Positions 28,823-38,509 are shown, counted from the stretch's first letter. The stretch is DNA of 64,000 nucleotides from Candidatus Omnitrophota bacterium (GCA_015233195.1 JADFYE010000011.1:4472-68471); one strand, 5' to 3'. The notes: generated from the sequence alone by a model not told the origin. Numbers and translations: made by a program.

Positions 28823-29298
28823 ACCGGTTAGCTAAATCTCAGTTCGATACCATCCTTGCGTTCGTAGTGAGTTTGTCCGTTGTCCTCATCGATCGTTATA
28901 CCAAGATCATTTTTACAAAATTACTTTCCTTAGGTGAGTCTTTACCGGTCATCCGCAATGTTCTGCATATGACGCTGGTCCATAATACCGGCATTGCTTT
29001 TGGTTTTTTCAAAGACCACGGCGCGGTATTCATCATAATCCCGTTTATCGCGATAGTTCTTCTGATCTATAATATTTTTTATTATCGGCAAAATCATGAA
29101 GCTTTGAGCCGAGGTTATATCCTCGGATTTTCGTTGATATTGGGAGGCGCGATCGGTAATTTGTTCGACCGGATATCTTACGGATATGTAATTGATTTTA
29201 TTGATCTTCGGGTCTGGCCGGTATTTAATATCGCGGATAGCGCTATAACCATAGGCGCGGTATTGATAGTTTTGAAATGTTTTCAGGCAAAAGAGTAG
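28819..29298 (+). CDS. lspA: Lipoprotein signal peptidase (signal peptidase II)
   Basis: 4 TM segments, NTGIAFG, FNIADSAITIGA catalytic-Asp motif, conserved ileS-lspA synteny. Confidence 0.9.
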   Translation: MNRLAKSQFDTILAFVVSLSVVLIDRYTKIIFTKLLSLGESLPVIRNVLHMTLVHNTGIAFGFFKDHGAVFIIIPFIAIVLLIYNIFYYRQNHEALSRGYILGFSLILGGAIGNLFDRISYGYVIDFIDLRVWPVFNIADSAITIGAVLIVLKCFQAKE

Positions 29299-29302
29299 GA
29301 AA

Positions 29303-30208
29303 ATGGCTCAATACTACAAAGTTGACGAAGAGTCTTTAGGTAAAAGGCTCGATGTTTTTCTTACCGAAATGTTGACGGATATTCCTTCCCGTTCGCTTAT
29401 CCAAAAATTAATCGATAATGGTCATGTTAAAGTTAATGAACGCATCGTTAAGGTTGGTTATAAACTGCGTATAGGGGACGATGTTAATGTTGAGATCCCG
29501 GAAGATTTTTTTTCGTCCCGGTATGCCGCGCCGGAAAATATTCCCTTAAATATTTTTTATGATGATGAAAGTTTTCTTATCATAAATAAAGAATCAGGTA
29601 TGACTGTTCATCCGGGTGCTAATTGCATCGAAGGGACGGTAGTCAATGCGCTGTTATATAAAGAAATTGAATTATCCAAGATTGAAGATGAAATGCGTCC
29701 AGGAATAGTGCATCGTCTGGATAAAGATACATCCGGGTTATTGTTGATAGCTAAAGATAATATTGCGCACGCGAAATTAGCCAAACAGTTTGAACGGCAT
29801 TCGATCCGCAAAACTTATATTGCTTTGGTCGAAGGAGAAGTGGCTTTTGATGAAGGAAAGATAGACGAGCCATTAGGTCCGCATCCGCGCGATCATGAAA
29901 AACGCGCGATTAGGCGGGATGATCGAGGCAAAGAGTCTTTAACATATTATAAAGTTTTGAAACGCAGTAAAGGTGTAAGTCTGGTGGCTTTATTTCCTCA
30001 TACTGGGCGTACTCACCAGTTACGCGTCCACATGGCGTATTTAAAACATCCGATTTTAGGCGATGAAAAATATGGTCATAAAAATACTTTTCCCCGTTTA
30101 GCTCTTCATGCCCAAGCCATTGGATTTCAGCATCCCCGTACTGGTCGGCAGGTTGAGTTTTCTTCTGTTCCTCCTAAAGAATTTTTAGAATGCGTGGCAA
30201 ATAAATAA
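29303..30208 (+). CDS. rluD: 23S rRNA pseudouridine synthase, RluD/RluA family
   Basis: N-terminal S4 domain (RLDVFL), HRLDKDTSGLLLIAK catalytic Asp, GRTHQLRVH. Confidence 0.9.
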   Translation: MAQYYKVDEESLGKRLDVFLTEMLTDIPSRSLIQKLIDNGHVKVNERIVKVGYKLRIGDDVNVEIPEDFFSSRYAAPENIPLNIFYDDESFLIINKESGMTVHPGANCIEGTVVNALLYKEIELSKIEDEMRPGIVHRLDKDTSGLLLIAKDNIAHAKLAKQFERHSIRKTYIALVEGEVAFDEGKIDEPLGPHPRDHEKRAIRRDDRGKESLTYYKVLKRSKGVSLVALFPHTGRTHQLRVHMAYLKHPILGDEKYGHKNTFPRLALHAQAIGFQHPRTGRQVEFSSVPPKEFLECVANK

Positions 30209-30294
30209 TACAGTTATTTTAGGGATTTTTATAATTGCGCATATCTCTACCAAATGAAATTATACTTGCGTTTAGAATAATCTTATAGTATGCT

Positions 30295-31443
30295 TTGATC
30301 ATGCGGACAAGACATTTTTGGTTAAAAAAGATCGAAGAGTTATGGAAAGAGAAATCTATTATCTGGGTTTCCGGAGTTCGGCGGGCAGGTAAAACATTTC
30401 TCGGAAAAAGTATCAAGGGCGCGGTCTATTTTGATTGCGAACTGCCCCGTGTGCGCCAAATGATGTCAGATCCGGAAGGTTTTCTTGATGGTTTAAAAAA
30501 CAAGCGTATTATTTTGGATGAAATTCACCGGTTGGATAATCCTTCAGAGCTTCTAAAAATAGCAGCAGATCATTATTCTGATATTCAGATCATAGCAACA
30601 GGTTCTTCAGCTTTAGGGGCTTCATCAAAGTTTAAGGATACATTGACAGATCGAAAAAGGGAATTATGGCTGTGTCCGATGTTGACAGAAGATTTGAAAG
30701 ATTTTGATCATAAGGATTTAAAGCATCGATTTTTGAGAGGCGGATTGCCGGCACTATTTTTGGCAAAAGATTTTCCTGAAAAAGAATTTCAGGAGTGGGT
30801 GGACTCCTATTGGGCTAAAGATATTCAAGAGCTTTTTCGTTTAGAGCGCAGGCATTCATTTCAGAAATTTTTTGAGCTTTTAATGGTACAAAGCGGAGGA
30901 TTGTTCGAGGCATCTTCTTTTGCCGCTCCTTGCGAAGTTAGTCGAACAACTATTTCAAATTATTTAAGTGTTTTGGAAGCAACATATGTTGTTAATGTTG
31001 TCAGACCATTTCATACACATCAGGCAACAGAAATTGTAGCAGCGCCTAAGGTCTATGCTTTTGATACTGGATTTTTTTGTTACTATCGCGGATGGGAAAG
31101 TTTGCGTCAAGAAGATTTGGGAACCTTGTGGGAACATTTTGTTTTAAATGATATTCAAGGTCATCTGCAAATTAGAGATGTTCAGTATTGGCGTGATAAA
31201 AACGGTCATGAGATAGATTTTATTTTAAAATTACGAGGTAAGCAGCCTATTGCCCTTGAATGCAAATGGCAGGCTAATAAAACGGATAGTAAAAATATAG
31301 AAGTGTTTCTTAAAAGTTATCCTAACGCTACGGTGTTGGTAGTCTCTAATGATACTAAACAATCATATTCTAAAAAAATTGGTACAGCAGTTGTTAAATA
31401 TGTAAATCTTTCCGATTGTGTTTCTATTCTTCAAACTAAATAA
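30295..31443 (+). CDS. AAA-family ATPase with DUF4143-like C-terminal domain
   Basis: Walker A GVRRAGKT, Walker B ILDEIH. The C-terminal half, with a restriction-endonuclease-like E-x-K pattern (GHEIDFIL...ECKW), is typical of the AAA_14/DUF4143 family as I recall it. Confidence 0.7.
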   Translation: MIMRTRHFWLKKIEELWKEKSIIWVSGVRRAGKTFLGKSIKGAVYFDCELPRVRQMMSDPEGFLDGLKNKRIILDEIHRLDNPSELLKIAADHYSDIQIIATGSSALGASSKFKDTLTDRKRELWLCPMLTEDLKDFDHKDLKHRFLRGGLPALFLAKDFPEKEFQEWVDSYWAKDIQELFRLERRHSFQKFFELLMVQSGGLFEASSFAAPCEVSRTTISNYLSVLEATYVVNVVRPFHTHQATEIVAAPKVYAFDTGFFCYYRGWESLRQEDLGTLWEHFVLNDIQGHLQIRDVQYWRDKNGHEIDFILKLRGKQPIALECKWQANKTDSKNIEVFLKSYPNATVLVVSNDTKQSYSKKIGTAVVKYVNLSDCVSILQTK

Positions 31444-31559
31444 TTCCTGGATTTTGTACAACTTTAGCCCCCCTTGACAAATTACTATTTATATGGCATG
31501 TTTTCAGCACTTTTTATCAAGTAAACGGTTACTTATTTAACTATTTAACAGGAGATTTT

Positions 31560-34500
31560 ATGTTAAAACGTTTTATTTCGTCGTTGATTTTAATTTCTTT
31601 TACCATTTCGTCAGTATGTCCGTCAGCGTTTGGTCAAATGGTGACCCTTCCTCAACCCGGTACTATGTTAAATCCCACGTCAGCAGTTATGCCGGTAATT
31701 ATGCGGGGCGTGAACATTGACCCGAACAATCCTTTGAAATTCGATTTTATTATGGATAAAGGAACTGATAAAACGGGTGCTGCTAATGTGTCTTTCGAAG
31801 CAGAGTCCAAAAAACTTATTAATTATTTTTTAGCTTCATTAACAGTTCCGCAGGAAGAGATGTGGGTTAACCTTTCTCCGAATGAGCCAGACCGTATTAT
31901 ACCAGCCAATTTTGGTAAGACTGAAATGGGTAGAGATGTTTTAGCTCAGGATTATTTATTAAAACAATTAACTTCGTCATTAATGTATCCTGAAAATGAA
32001 TTGGGCAAAAAATTTTGGGCAAAGATTTATGAACGCGCGCAAAAAGAATTCGGCACGACTGATATTCCAACTGACACATATAATAAGGTATGGATTATTC
32101 CTGAAACCGCCAAGATATACGAACACGCCAATGGTTCGACAGGCTCACCACGTGGAGGCGCGTTTATTGTAAAAACGCACCTTAAAGTAATGATGGAGAA
32201 GGATTATGTTAAAGAGGACCGTTCGCAGGAGCTCCCGGCACGCCCTCGGGACATTTCGTCCTCGGTTGTAAACGGTAAAGAGAATGTTGTGTCTGCGACG
32301 CAAGAGCAGATTTTTAAACAGATCATTATTCCTGAGATTGAGAAAGAAGTTAATGACGGCGCGATATTTGCTAATCTTCGTCAGATCTATAATTCAATGC
32401 TTTTAGCATTATGGTATAAAAAAGCTTTAAAAGATTCATTATTGGGAAAAGCATTTGTTGACCAGAAAAAAACCAGCGGTTTAGAACTTACTGATAAAAA
32501 CGCAAATCAAAAAATCTATGAGCAATATTTAGCCGCCTTTAAAAAAGGCGTGTATGACTATGTCAAAGAAGAATACGACCCTAAAGAACAAAAAGTTATA
32601 AGCCGTAAATATTTTTCAGGCGGGTGGGCTGGTGATAAAACGCGGTTAGCAGTTGAACAAGGCAGTTCTGCAGAACTTAATGAAGCCGTTCAGGTTTTAG
32701 AGCGAGAGCAGCGCACGATCAGAGTTTCTGGTCAAGTATCTCCGGATGGGGCTATGTTGCGTAGTGGACAATTGCCTCTTAGCGCGCTTGCTTCACCCAA
32801 TATTAAATCATATGAAGAACGATTAAAAATAGAAGCAACAAATACAGCACGAATTGAAGCTGATACTTTGTTATTTATGGTAAGGCGATATTTTGATATC
32901 GGCAGTCAAAACCTTCCAGAGTTTATTAACGAAGCAGCACAAAAAATATATTTATCTGGAGTATATATCGATAGAGATCAAAAAGTAGTTGGTAGTGTTT
33001 ATACACCTGTAAATGGAAAAACAATTGTTAAGGGAATAATCTCGCCTTGGCTTTATACCAAAGAATCTTTTAAAACTGGAATTATTGTTGGTTCAAAAGG
33101 AAATAGAGTTGACAGTCCTAAAGAAGTAATGATAGTAGGACCTGAAAAATTTATGTTTACCATTAGAAAGGGACAGGACGGACCATTTAAATTTTTTATG
33201 GGGATGGATAATGGTGAATTTAGAATGCAAGCGCGTACTACAACGGGTGAGACATTAATAGTATCTCCTGAAATTGTTCGCGTACCGAATTCACTGTCTG
33301 AATATTTTAAGGGTAGACATTTTAGGTTTAAACCAGAATTTATGACTTTTACTGATATTAGCTATGGAGTTAAAATTATAAGAAACATTAATGGGTTTTT
33401 GCAAGAAGTTAGCAGTTTAAAGTCTACAGATGGAACTATATTGAAACTGCGTACTTTATTGGAGGGTAATGCTGTAGCTTGTGCTTTAGCTGTAATTGAT
33501 GGTAAAGTAAATGTAATTTATTATGATTTTGATAATACAACATTTAAAGGCATTCAGCAGTATATTGGGGTTAATGATTTTGGACATAGGATTGTTTTTA
33601 GTTTAGATGAGGAGACGGGTGTAGTTACAGCATCGTCGCAAAAGGCTGAATTAAATGTAGGAGACAAAATAGAGTTTAAAGGTATAAAAGACAGTGCTAT
33701 GAATGTTAGCGAAGCTATTAGCATGGCTAAGGGGTTGGTTGGAATTAGGGAAAAAATTTATCCAAACTTTTTAATGATGCAACCACTTTTTGACGGTAAA
33801 GCGATTGCAGGTGAGATTATTACTACTGCAGATCAAACAAGGTATATTTTGATATTAACGCAGGATATTTCTAATGGTATATCAGTTTATTTAGTACCAG
33901 AAAAAGATTTTCCGGGCGATTGGAAAAAAACAACTTCGGATTTGGAAACATGGGAATTAAGAGACATTAGTTTTGCTAAGCCATACTTTAAAGGATCGTT
34001 TCTTATTAAAGAGGGTAAGCTCGACTATAAAGGTGACAGAAAACTTCCATGGTTAAAAGGAGAAGTTGATGATTTTTTAAGTAAAATTCAGAGTTCTAGA
34101 GCTTGGGATGACGTAAGGATATTGAAAGCTTATTTAAATCAGAATGGAAAATCAAAATCAGTTGCTGATTGGGCTAAACAAAAAATGGCTGATGCTCAAG
34201 CTCTTAAGGAATATTTGTTAAGAGATGTTCCTGATTCAAAAGATTTGAGTTACGTTGTTATAAAATATGGTAACGTGGGATTTTTGCGCGCTGTTTATCT
34301 TACTGAGAATTCTAAAGTATCAGGCGCAGAGTATGTGTTTTATGAAAAGCAGGATAATGGAGAGCCTGCTATTTATGTTGAAAAGACTTTTATGCATAAT
34401 ACTTTCTCTCAAACAACTGAATGGAAAATAACTGCTGATGACATTAAAATCCCTCGGTTTAAGGGTTATGTAGCTTCGACAAAAAATAGATTAGTTGAGA

Positions 34501-36002
34501 AAGCTAGTTTGGGCGATATTATTATTGCTGTTTCTGACGTAGAAAATCCCAAACAAAAACAAACCAAGGAAATTCCGGTTTGGGAATTTTTAGTTAAAAA
34601 TGGTTTTGCAGATCAAGTTGCTGGAGATAAAAATCTTATTCGTTTACGTGCTAATATAGCTGAAAATACTTTGAAAGCTAAAATTGAAGAAAAGATTTTT
34701 AAACCAAGCGATGATACAACGGGTAATGCTTTGGATCTTTTTACGTTTGGTATTGTAGGTGATTGGCAAAAAGTCAGAGATAATATTTGGACTGCTGTAG
34801 AAAAGATACAAGCAGAGGAAAGGTTTCTTGATACTGGGATAATTGAAGCCGGCGCTATTTATAGAGGGAAATTGGATTTTGATGTTTTTAGTGATGGAAG
34901 TGTTCAAATAGCTAATGCTAGAAAAACAGTACTGCAAAAAGGGAACCTTGCTCTTACAGATAAACCGCGGGTATATTTGCATTTTAGCCCACCATGGGAA
35001 TATTTAAATGCTGAGGTTTTAAAACGGATTTTTTTAAGCGCTAATAATGTATCATTATTTTATCAAAACGTTAAAGAAAAATTTTCTCAGCTTTATGTTG
35101 ATAATCCCTGGCTTAACGATGTAGGAATTCCTGTTGGTTTTGTAAGAGATTTAAAAGACGGAAGAAATTATCTGGCGTTTATACCTTATAAAGAAAATCC
35201 TGAAGAATATGTTGCTTCGCCTTTGTCAAATGTAATCACAATGTTATGTGTTCCTATTACTGATGGTAATAATCCAAATCTTGCGCCAATTTCTTACACT
35301 GTTGACCAAGAAGGAATAGTTTATAAAACAGAAGTAGAAGCATTTAAGAATAAAGTTCCAAAAAAGGGTTTTAAACCAGCACCTGATATGCAATTTATTT
35401 GGGATGTTGAAGCAGGAGTAACAGTTAAGCAAACTGATTTTATGAAAGAGTTTGGTAAACCCAGGGGATTAGAAATATATCAATGGCTGATAGATCAAAA
35501 ATTTGTAAATGAAAAGGGTCAATTAATTGTTTCAATCGATATAATCAAAAAAGAGTTGGAGGCTGCAAAACATACGGTAAATAGTAAAAAGCAAGAGGCA
35601 GAATCCGGCAAGAAAAAGGAAGAATTAAAACCTCATAAATATTTTCCTATTTCTACGCAAATTTTAGATTTAATTAACGCAGCCAGTGCTTCTTCCGCGC
35701 AAAAATTATTTGGCTTCGAGCCGTATGACGCTGCTTCACCTGCTGCGGATAAGGCGGCTCTGGTTGAGGCTGTTCCACAAGTCGCGCAGCGAGACGGTGG
35801 TATTGATCTTAATGCCGCGAATATAAAGATGGACGTGGATCAGGCAATGCAAGGCGGGTTTAAAATGAACATCGATCCTGCAATGTTGCAGCAAATTCAA
35901 AATGCAAAAGGCTTGCAGTTTAATATTATGCAAGTCCAGCCTAATGTTAGTTTAAGGTTGTTGCTTGGTCTATTAGATGTTAATGATGTTAAAAAAGGTT
36001 AA
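31560..36002 (+). CDS. Very large secreted protein (1480 aa), function unknown
   Basis: SD AGGAG. Signal peptide MLKRFISSLILISFTISSVCPSAFGQ. Uninterrupted ORF with no motif I can assign. The central ~2.5 kb looks more AT-rich than the 5' 1.2 kb. Confidence 0.8.
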   Translation: MLKRFISSLILISFTISSVCPSAFGQMVTLPQPGTMLNPTSAVMPVIMRGVNIDPNNPLKFDFIMDKGTDKTGAANVSFEAESKKLINYFLASLTVPQEEMWVNLSPNEPDRIIPANFGKTEMGRDVLAQDYLLKQLTSSLMYPENELGKKFWAKIYERAQKEFGTTDIPTDTYNKVWIIPETAKIYEHANGSTGSPRGGAFIVKTHLKVMMEKDYVKEDRSQELPARPRDISSSVVNGKENVVSATQEQIFKQIIIPEIEKEVNDGAIFANLRQIYNSMLLALWYKKALKDSLLGKAFVDQKKTSGLELTDKNANQKIYEQYLAAFKKGVYDYVKEEYDPKEQKVISRKYFSGGWAGDKTRLAVEQGSSAELNEAVQVLEREQRTIRVSGQVSPDGAMLRSGQLPLSALASPNIKSYEERLKIEATNTARIEADTLLFMVRRYFDIGSQNLPEFINEAAQKIYLSGVYIDRDQKVVGSVYTPVNGKTIVKGIISPWLYTKESFKTGIIVGSKGNRVDSPKEVMIVGPEKFMFTIRKGQDGPFKFFMGMDNGEFRMQARTTTGETLIVSPEIVRVPNSLSEYFKGRHFRFKPEFMTFTDISYGVKIIRNINGFLQEVSSLKSTDGTILKLRTLLEGNAVACALAVIDGKVNVIYYDFDNTTFKGIQQYIGVNDFGHRIVFSLDEETGVVTASSQKAELNVGDKIEFKGIKDSAMNVSEAISMAKGLVGIREKIYPNFLMMQPLFDGKAIAGEIITTADQTRYILILTQDISNGISVYLVPEKDFPGDWKKTTSDLETWELRDISFAKPYFKGSFLIKEGKLDYKGDRKLPWLKGEVDDFLSKIQSSRAWDDVRILKAYLNQNGKSKSVADWAKQKMADAQALKEYLLRDVPDSKDLSYVVIKYGNVGFLRAVYLTENSKVSGAEYVFYEKQDNGEPAIYVEKTFMHNTFSQTTEWKITADDIKIPRFKGYVASTKNRLVEKASLGDIIIAVSDVENPKQKQTKEIPVWEFLVKNGFADQVAGDKNLIRLRANIAENTLKAKIEEKIFKPSDDTTGNALDLFTFGIVGDWQKVRDNIWTAVEKIQAEERFLDTGIIEAGAIYRGKLDFDVFSDGSVQIANARKTVLQKGNLALTDKPRVYLHFSPPWEYLNAEVLKRIFLSANNVSLFYQNVKEKFSQLYVDNPWLNDVGIPVGFVRDLKDGRNYLAFIPYKENPEEYVASPLSNVITMLCVPITDGNNPNLAPISYTVDQEGIVYKTEVEAFKNKVPKKGFKPAPDMQFIWDVEAGVTVKQTDFMKEFGKPRGLEIYQWLIDQKFVNEKGQLIVSIDIIKKELEAAKHTVNSKKQEAESGKKKEELKPHKYFPISTQILDLINAASASSAQKLFGFEPYDAASPAADKAALVEAVPQVAQRDGGIDLNAANIKMDVDQAMQGGFKMNIDPAMLQQIQNAKGLQFNIMQVQPNVSLRLLLGLLDVNDVKKG

Positions 36003-36011
36003 TTTATAAAC

Positions 36012-36032
36012 GGACAGGTCACAGACCTGTCC
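36012..36032 (+). terminator. Hairpin terminator (GGACAGGTC-ACA-GACCTGTCC)
   Basis: Perfect 9-bp stem 10 nt after the stop; A/T-rich tract follows. Confidence 0.65.
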
Positions 36033-36202
36033 CTACGAAAAAAATAATTGTTTTTGAGATTTAGAATTTTTATTTAACGGTGGTTGTGGATTTTCACGAT
36101 CACCGTTTTTTAATTTTTATAACAAATTCTTTATTTATCCTCTTTTTTCTATATAATAAAAATATATTAAAATATTCTATGTTGTTTAATGGGGGAGAAG
36201 TT

Positions 36203-37075
36203 ATGGTAAATAATAAAATGAATAATTCTTCTGGAAAAATTCTGGTTATATTTTTGGTGATAGCTGCAGTTTTATTGACGTCATTGGCTGCTATTTCTAC
36301 TTTTTTATTCCAGAAAGAAATTGAAAAGCGTAAAAGTGCTGAAGATAAATTGAATGTATATTTGAAAGAACGGGTTACCGTTACAAAAGATCTGGAGCAA
36401 TTACAAAAAGAGAAACAAATCTTACAGGAAAAAAATAAAGAAGCTGATGATAAAATCAATGGATTGTTAGACGAGCTGGAATTGCAGGAAGGCTTGAGAA
36501 AAGAGATTAAAAATGAGAGCGCCTCGTTACGAGAACAGTTAGACTCTGCTAAAAAAGATACTGAAAAATTAAATGCTAAAGTGGCTGAATTGCAGGAAGC
36601 CGCGCAAAAATATGAAGAAATAAAAAATACTTTTGAGACGCAGAAAAAACAAAAGGAAGATTTGGACGCTCAATTAAAGACCACAAATGAACATACCCGC
36701 AAGCTGGAAAGCACGTTGGTGGAATTAGAAAGAAAAATTTTGGAATATGACCCGAATTTTAAGCCTTCAACTGGTGAGGTTGCAAAGATCGCCAAAGGCG
36801 CAGAACAGATTGCTTTAGATACTATAGTCGTTGCTCCGCAAACTATTCCAGAAGGACGGGTGTTGGCGGTTGATACTGACGCGGAATTTCTGATCTTAAA
36901 TTTAGGGGAAAAAGATGGAGTAAAAGCTGGTACGATTATGTCAGTGTACCGCGGCAAAGATTATTTGGGTGATGTAAAGATAACCCGAATTCAGCCGGAG
37001 ATGTCTGCCGCTGATTTTATCCCTCCGTTCTCTAGTAAATTGGTCCGTAAGAACGATCAGGTGGTCGTGAAATAA
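36203..37075 (+). CDS. Membrane-anchored coiled-coil protein with small C-terminal beta-rich domain, function unknown
   Basis: Start set at ATG 36203 (SD GGGGGAGAAG 3 nt upstream; the track start at 36080 is a GTG inside AT-rich leader). TM ILVIFLVIAAVLLTSLAAISTFLF, about 170 aa of heptad-rich E/K/Q sequence, then GRVLAVD...LILNLGEKDGVKAG...VYRG. Confidence 0.7.
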   Translation: MVNNKMNNSSGKILVIFLVIAAVLLTSLAAISTFLFQKEIEKRKSAEDKLNVYLKERVTVTKDLEQLQKEKQILQEKNKEADDKINGLLDELELQEGLRKEIKNESASLREQLDSAKKDTEKLNAKVAELQEAAQKYEEIKNTFETQKKQKEDLDAQLKTTNEHTRKLESTLVELERKILEYDPNFKPSTGEVAKIAKGAEQIALDTIVVAPQTIPEGRVLAVDTDAEFLILNLGEKDGVKAGTIMSVYRGKDYLGDVKITRIQPEMSAADFIPPFSSKLVRKNDQVVVK

Positions 37076-38382
37076 TGGATCTTGTTGTTAAAAAAATCTC
37101 ACAAATTAAGGGGCATGTAGTTTGCCCTGCTTCAAAGTCGTATTCTATCCGCGCGTTTATTATTGCGGCTTGCGGAGGTAAGTCTAATATTATTTCCCCG
37201 TCGGATTGTGATGATGCTAAAACTGCATTAAAAACTGCTAAAGCTTTAGGCGCAAAAATAATAAAATTTAATAATGGGTTTAATGTGCAAGGCGATATTT
37301 TGCCGCTTAAACAAAAAACTGTGTGTGTGGATGAGTCAGGCACTGTACTACGTTTTTTATTGCCTTTATTGGCTCTGCATGATCAGCAGGTTATTGTCGA
37401 GGGAAAAGGTTCACTTATTGGACGACCGAATACTTTCTTGATTAAAACTTTGCAGGATATGGGCGTGAATATTAAAGGTTCAGGTGATAAACATAGCGTG
37501 CCGATAAAATTAAATGGCGGGGTAATGTCCGGCGGCAAGATCAAGATAGACGCGAGCGTGAGTTCGCAATTTGTGTCTGCGCTTTTGATAGCTTGTCCGC
37601 AATTAGCAGTTGATACTAGTTTGACTTTGACTGGTGATTTAGTGTCAGGTGATTACATTACCATGACGCTGCAGATGCTGGAACGGGCGGGGATAAAAAT
37701 AAAAATAAATAGGGACAGACGCTATTTATTATCAAAAACAAATAAAATAAATAGCGTCTGTCCCTATTTATTAATACCTGGTCGGCAAAAATATAAGGGT
37801 TTGAAAAATTTTCATGTGCCGTCTGATTATGGATTAGCCGCATTTTTAATGGGTGCTGCAGCTTTAGTTAAGTCTAATGTTAGTTTAAAAGGTTGTTTCG
37901 ACGATAGTTTAGTTCAGGCGGATGGACATATTATTGAATTTTTGGAACGCATGGGCGTAAAAATGGTTCGCACTAAAAAGTCGATCAAAATTAAAGGACC
38001 ATTTGAATTAAAAGGCGGGGATTTTTCTTTAAAAGCCTGCCCTGATCTGGTTCCAATCATGGCAGTGTTAGCATTGTTCGCGAAAGGACGCACTCGGCTT
38101 TATAATATTGCTCATGCAAAAGTAAAAGAGTCAGACCGTATTTCTGATCTAAGAAAAGAATTATTAAAAGTTGGGGCGGACGTCAGGGAATCTAAGGATG
38201 AATTGTTGATTTATCCTCGTGAAGAGTATAAGTCAGGGCAGATACTGGATCCTCACAATGATCATCGTTTAGCTATGGCGTTTTCTATATTGGGTTTGCG
38301 AATCGGATGCACAGTCAAGAATATAGAATGCTCGCATAAATCCTATCCAGGGTTTGTTAAAGATTTTCGTTCAATTTTATAA
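37075..38382 (+). CDS. aroA: 3-phosphoshikimate 1-carboxyvinyltransferase (EPSP synthase) carrying an in-frame palindromic-repeat insertion
   Basis: PASKSYSIRA, ESGTVLRFLLP, SSQFVSALL, KESDRI, NDHRLAMAF. TAATG overlap with the upstream gene. Residues INRDRRYLLSKTNKINSVCPYL are encoded by the repeat at 37704-37772. Confidence 0.9.
   Translation: MDLVVKKISQIKGHVVCPASKSYSIRAFIIAACGGKSNIISPSDCDDAKTALKTAKALGAKIIKFNNGFNVQGDILPLKQKTVCVDESGTVLRFLLPLLALHDQQVIVEGKGSLIGRPNTFLIKTLQDMGVNIKGSGDKHSVPIKLNGGVMSGGKIKIDASVSSQFVSALLIACPQLAVDTSLTLTGDLVSGDYITMTLQMLERAGIKIKINRDRRYLLSKTNKINSVCPYLLIPGRQKYKGLKNFHVPSDYGLAAFLMGAAALVKSNVSLKGCFDDSLVQADGHIIEFLERMGVKMVRTKKSIKIKGPFELKGGDFSLKACPDLVPIMAVLALFAKGRTRLYNIAHAKVKESDRISDLRKELLKVGADVRESKDELLIYPREEYKSGQILDPHNDHRLAMAFSILGLRIGCTVKNIECSHKSYPGFVKDFRSIL
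37704..37772. repeat. Palindromic repeat family C, copy 1 (27-bp perfect arms, 15-nt loop), intragenic in aroA
   Basis: AATAAATAGGGACAGACGCTATTTATT at 37704-37730, exact reverse complement at 37746-37772. The same 24-nt arm occurs at 62741-62798. Confidence 0.9.
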
Positions 38383-38441
38383 TTCATCTTGACAATTTTA
38401 TCAGACGCTATTATCGTATTTGCATTAAATTAAAAACGTAA

Positions 38442-38461
38442 GGGTACGAAATATCGTGCCC
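38442..38461 (+). terminator. Hairpin downstream of aroA (GGGTACGA-AATA-TCGTGCCC)
   Basis: 8-bp stem including one G-U pair. Sequence-related to the terminator after gap. No strong T tract. Confidence 0.45.
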
Positions 38462-38509
38462 CTACAAAATATTTATTCAATATTTAACATTATAATAGAG
38501 GAGGAATAA

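Noticed and set aside
31474-31500. TTGACA upstream of the 1480-aa gene as a sigma70 promoter
   Set aside because: There is no acceptable -10 hexamer at 16-18 nt spacing; the TATATG candidate is only 10 nt away. Not reported as a feature.
37658-37843. 61-aa minus-strand ORF across the aroA palindrome
   Set aside because: It is an artefact of the palindrome, since the reverse strand reads nearly the same sequence. aroA family motifs continue in frame on both sides on the plus strand.
37075-38382. aroA as a pseudogene disrupted by the repeat
   Set aside because: The insertion is a multiple of 3, introduces no stop, and all downstream EPSPS motifs (KESDRI, NDHRLAMAF) remain in frame. The gene is called intact, although its activity is untested.
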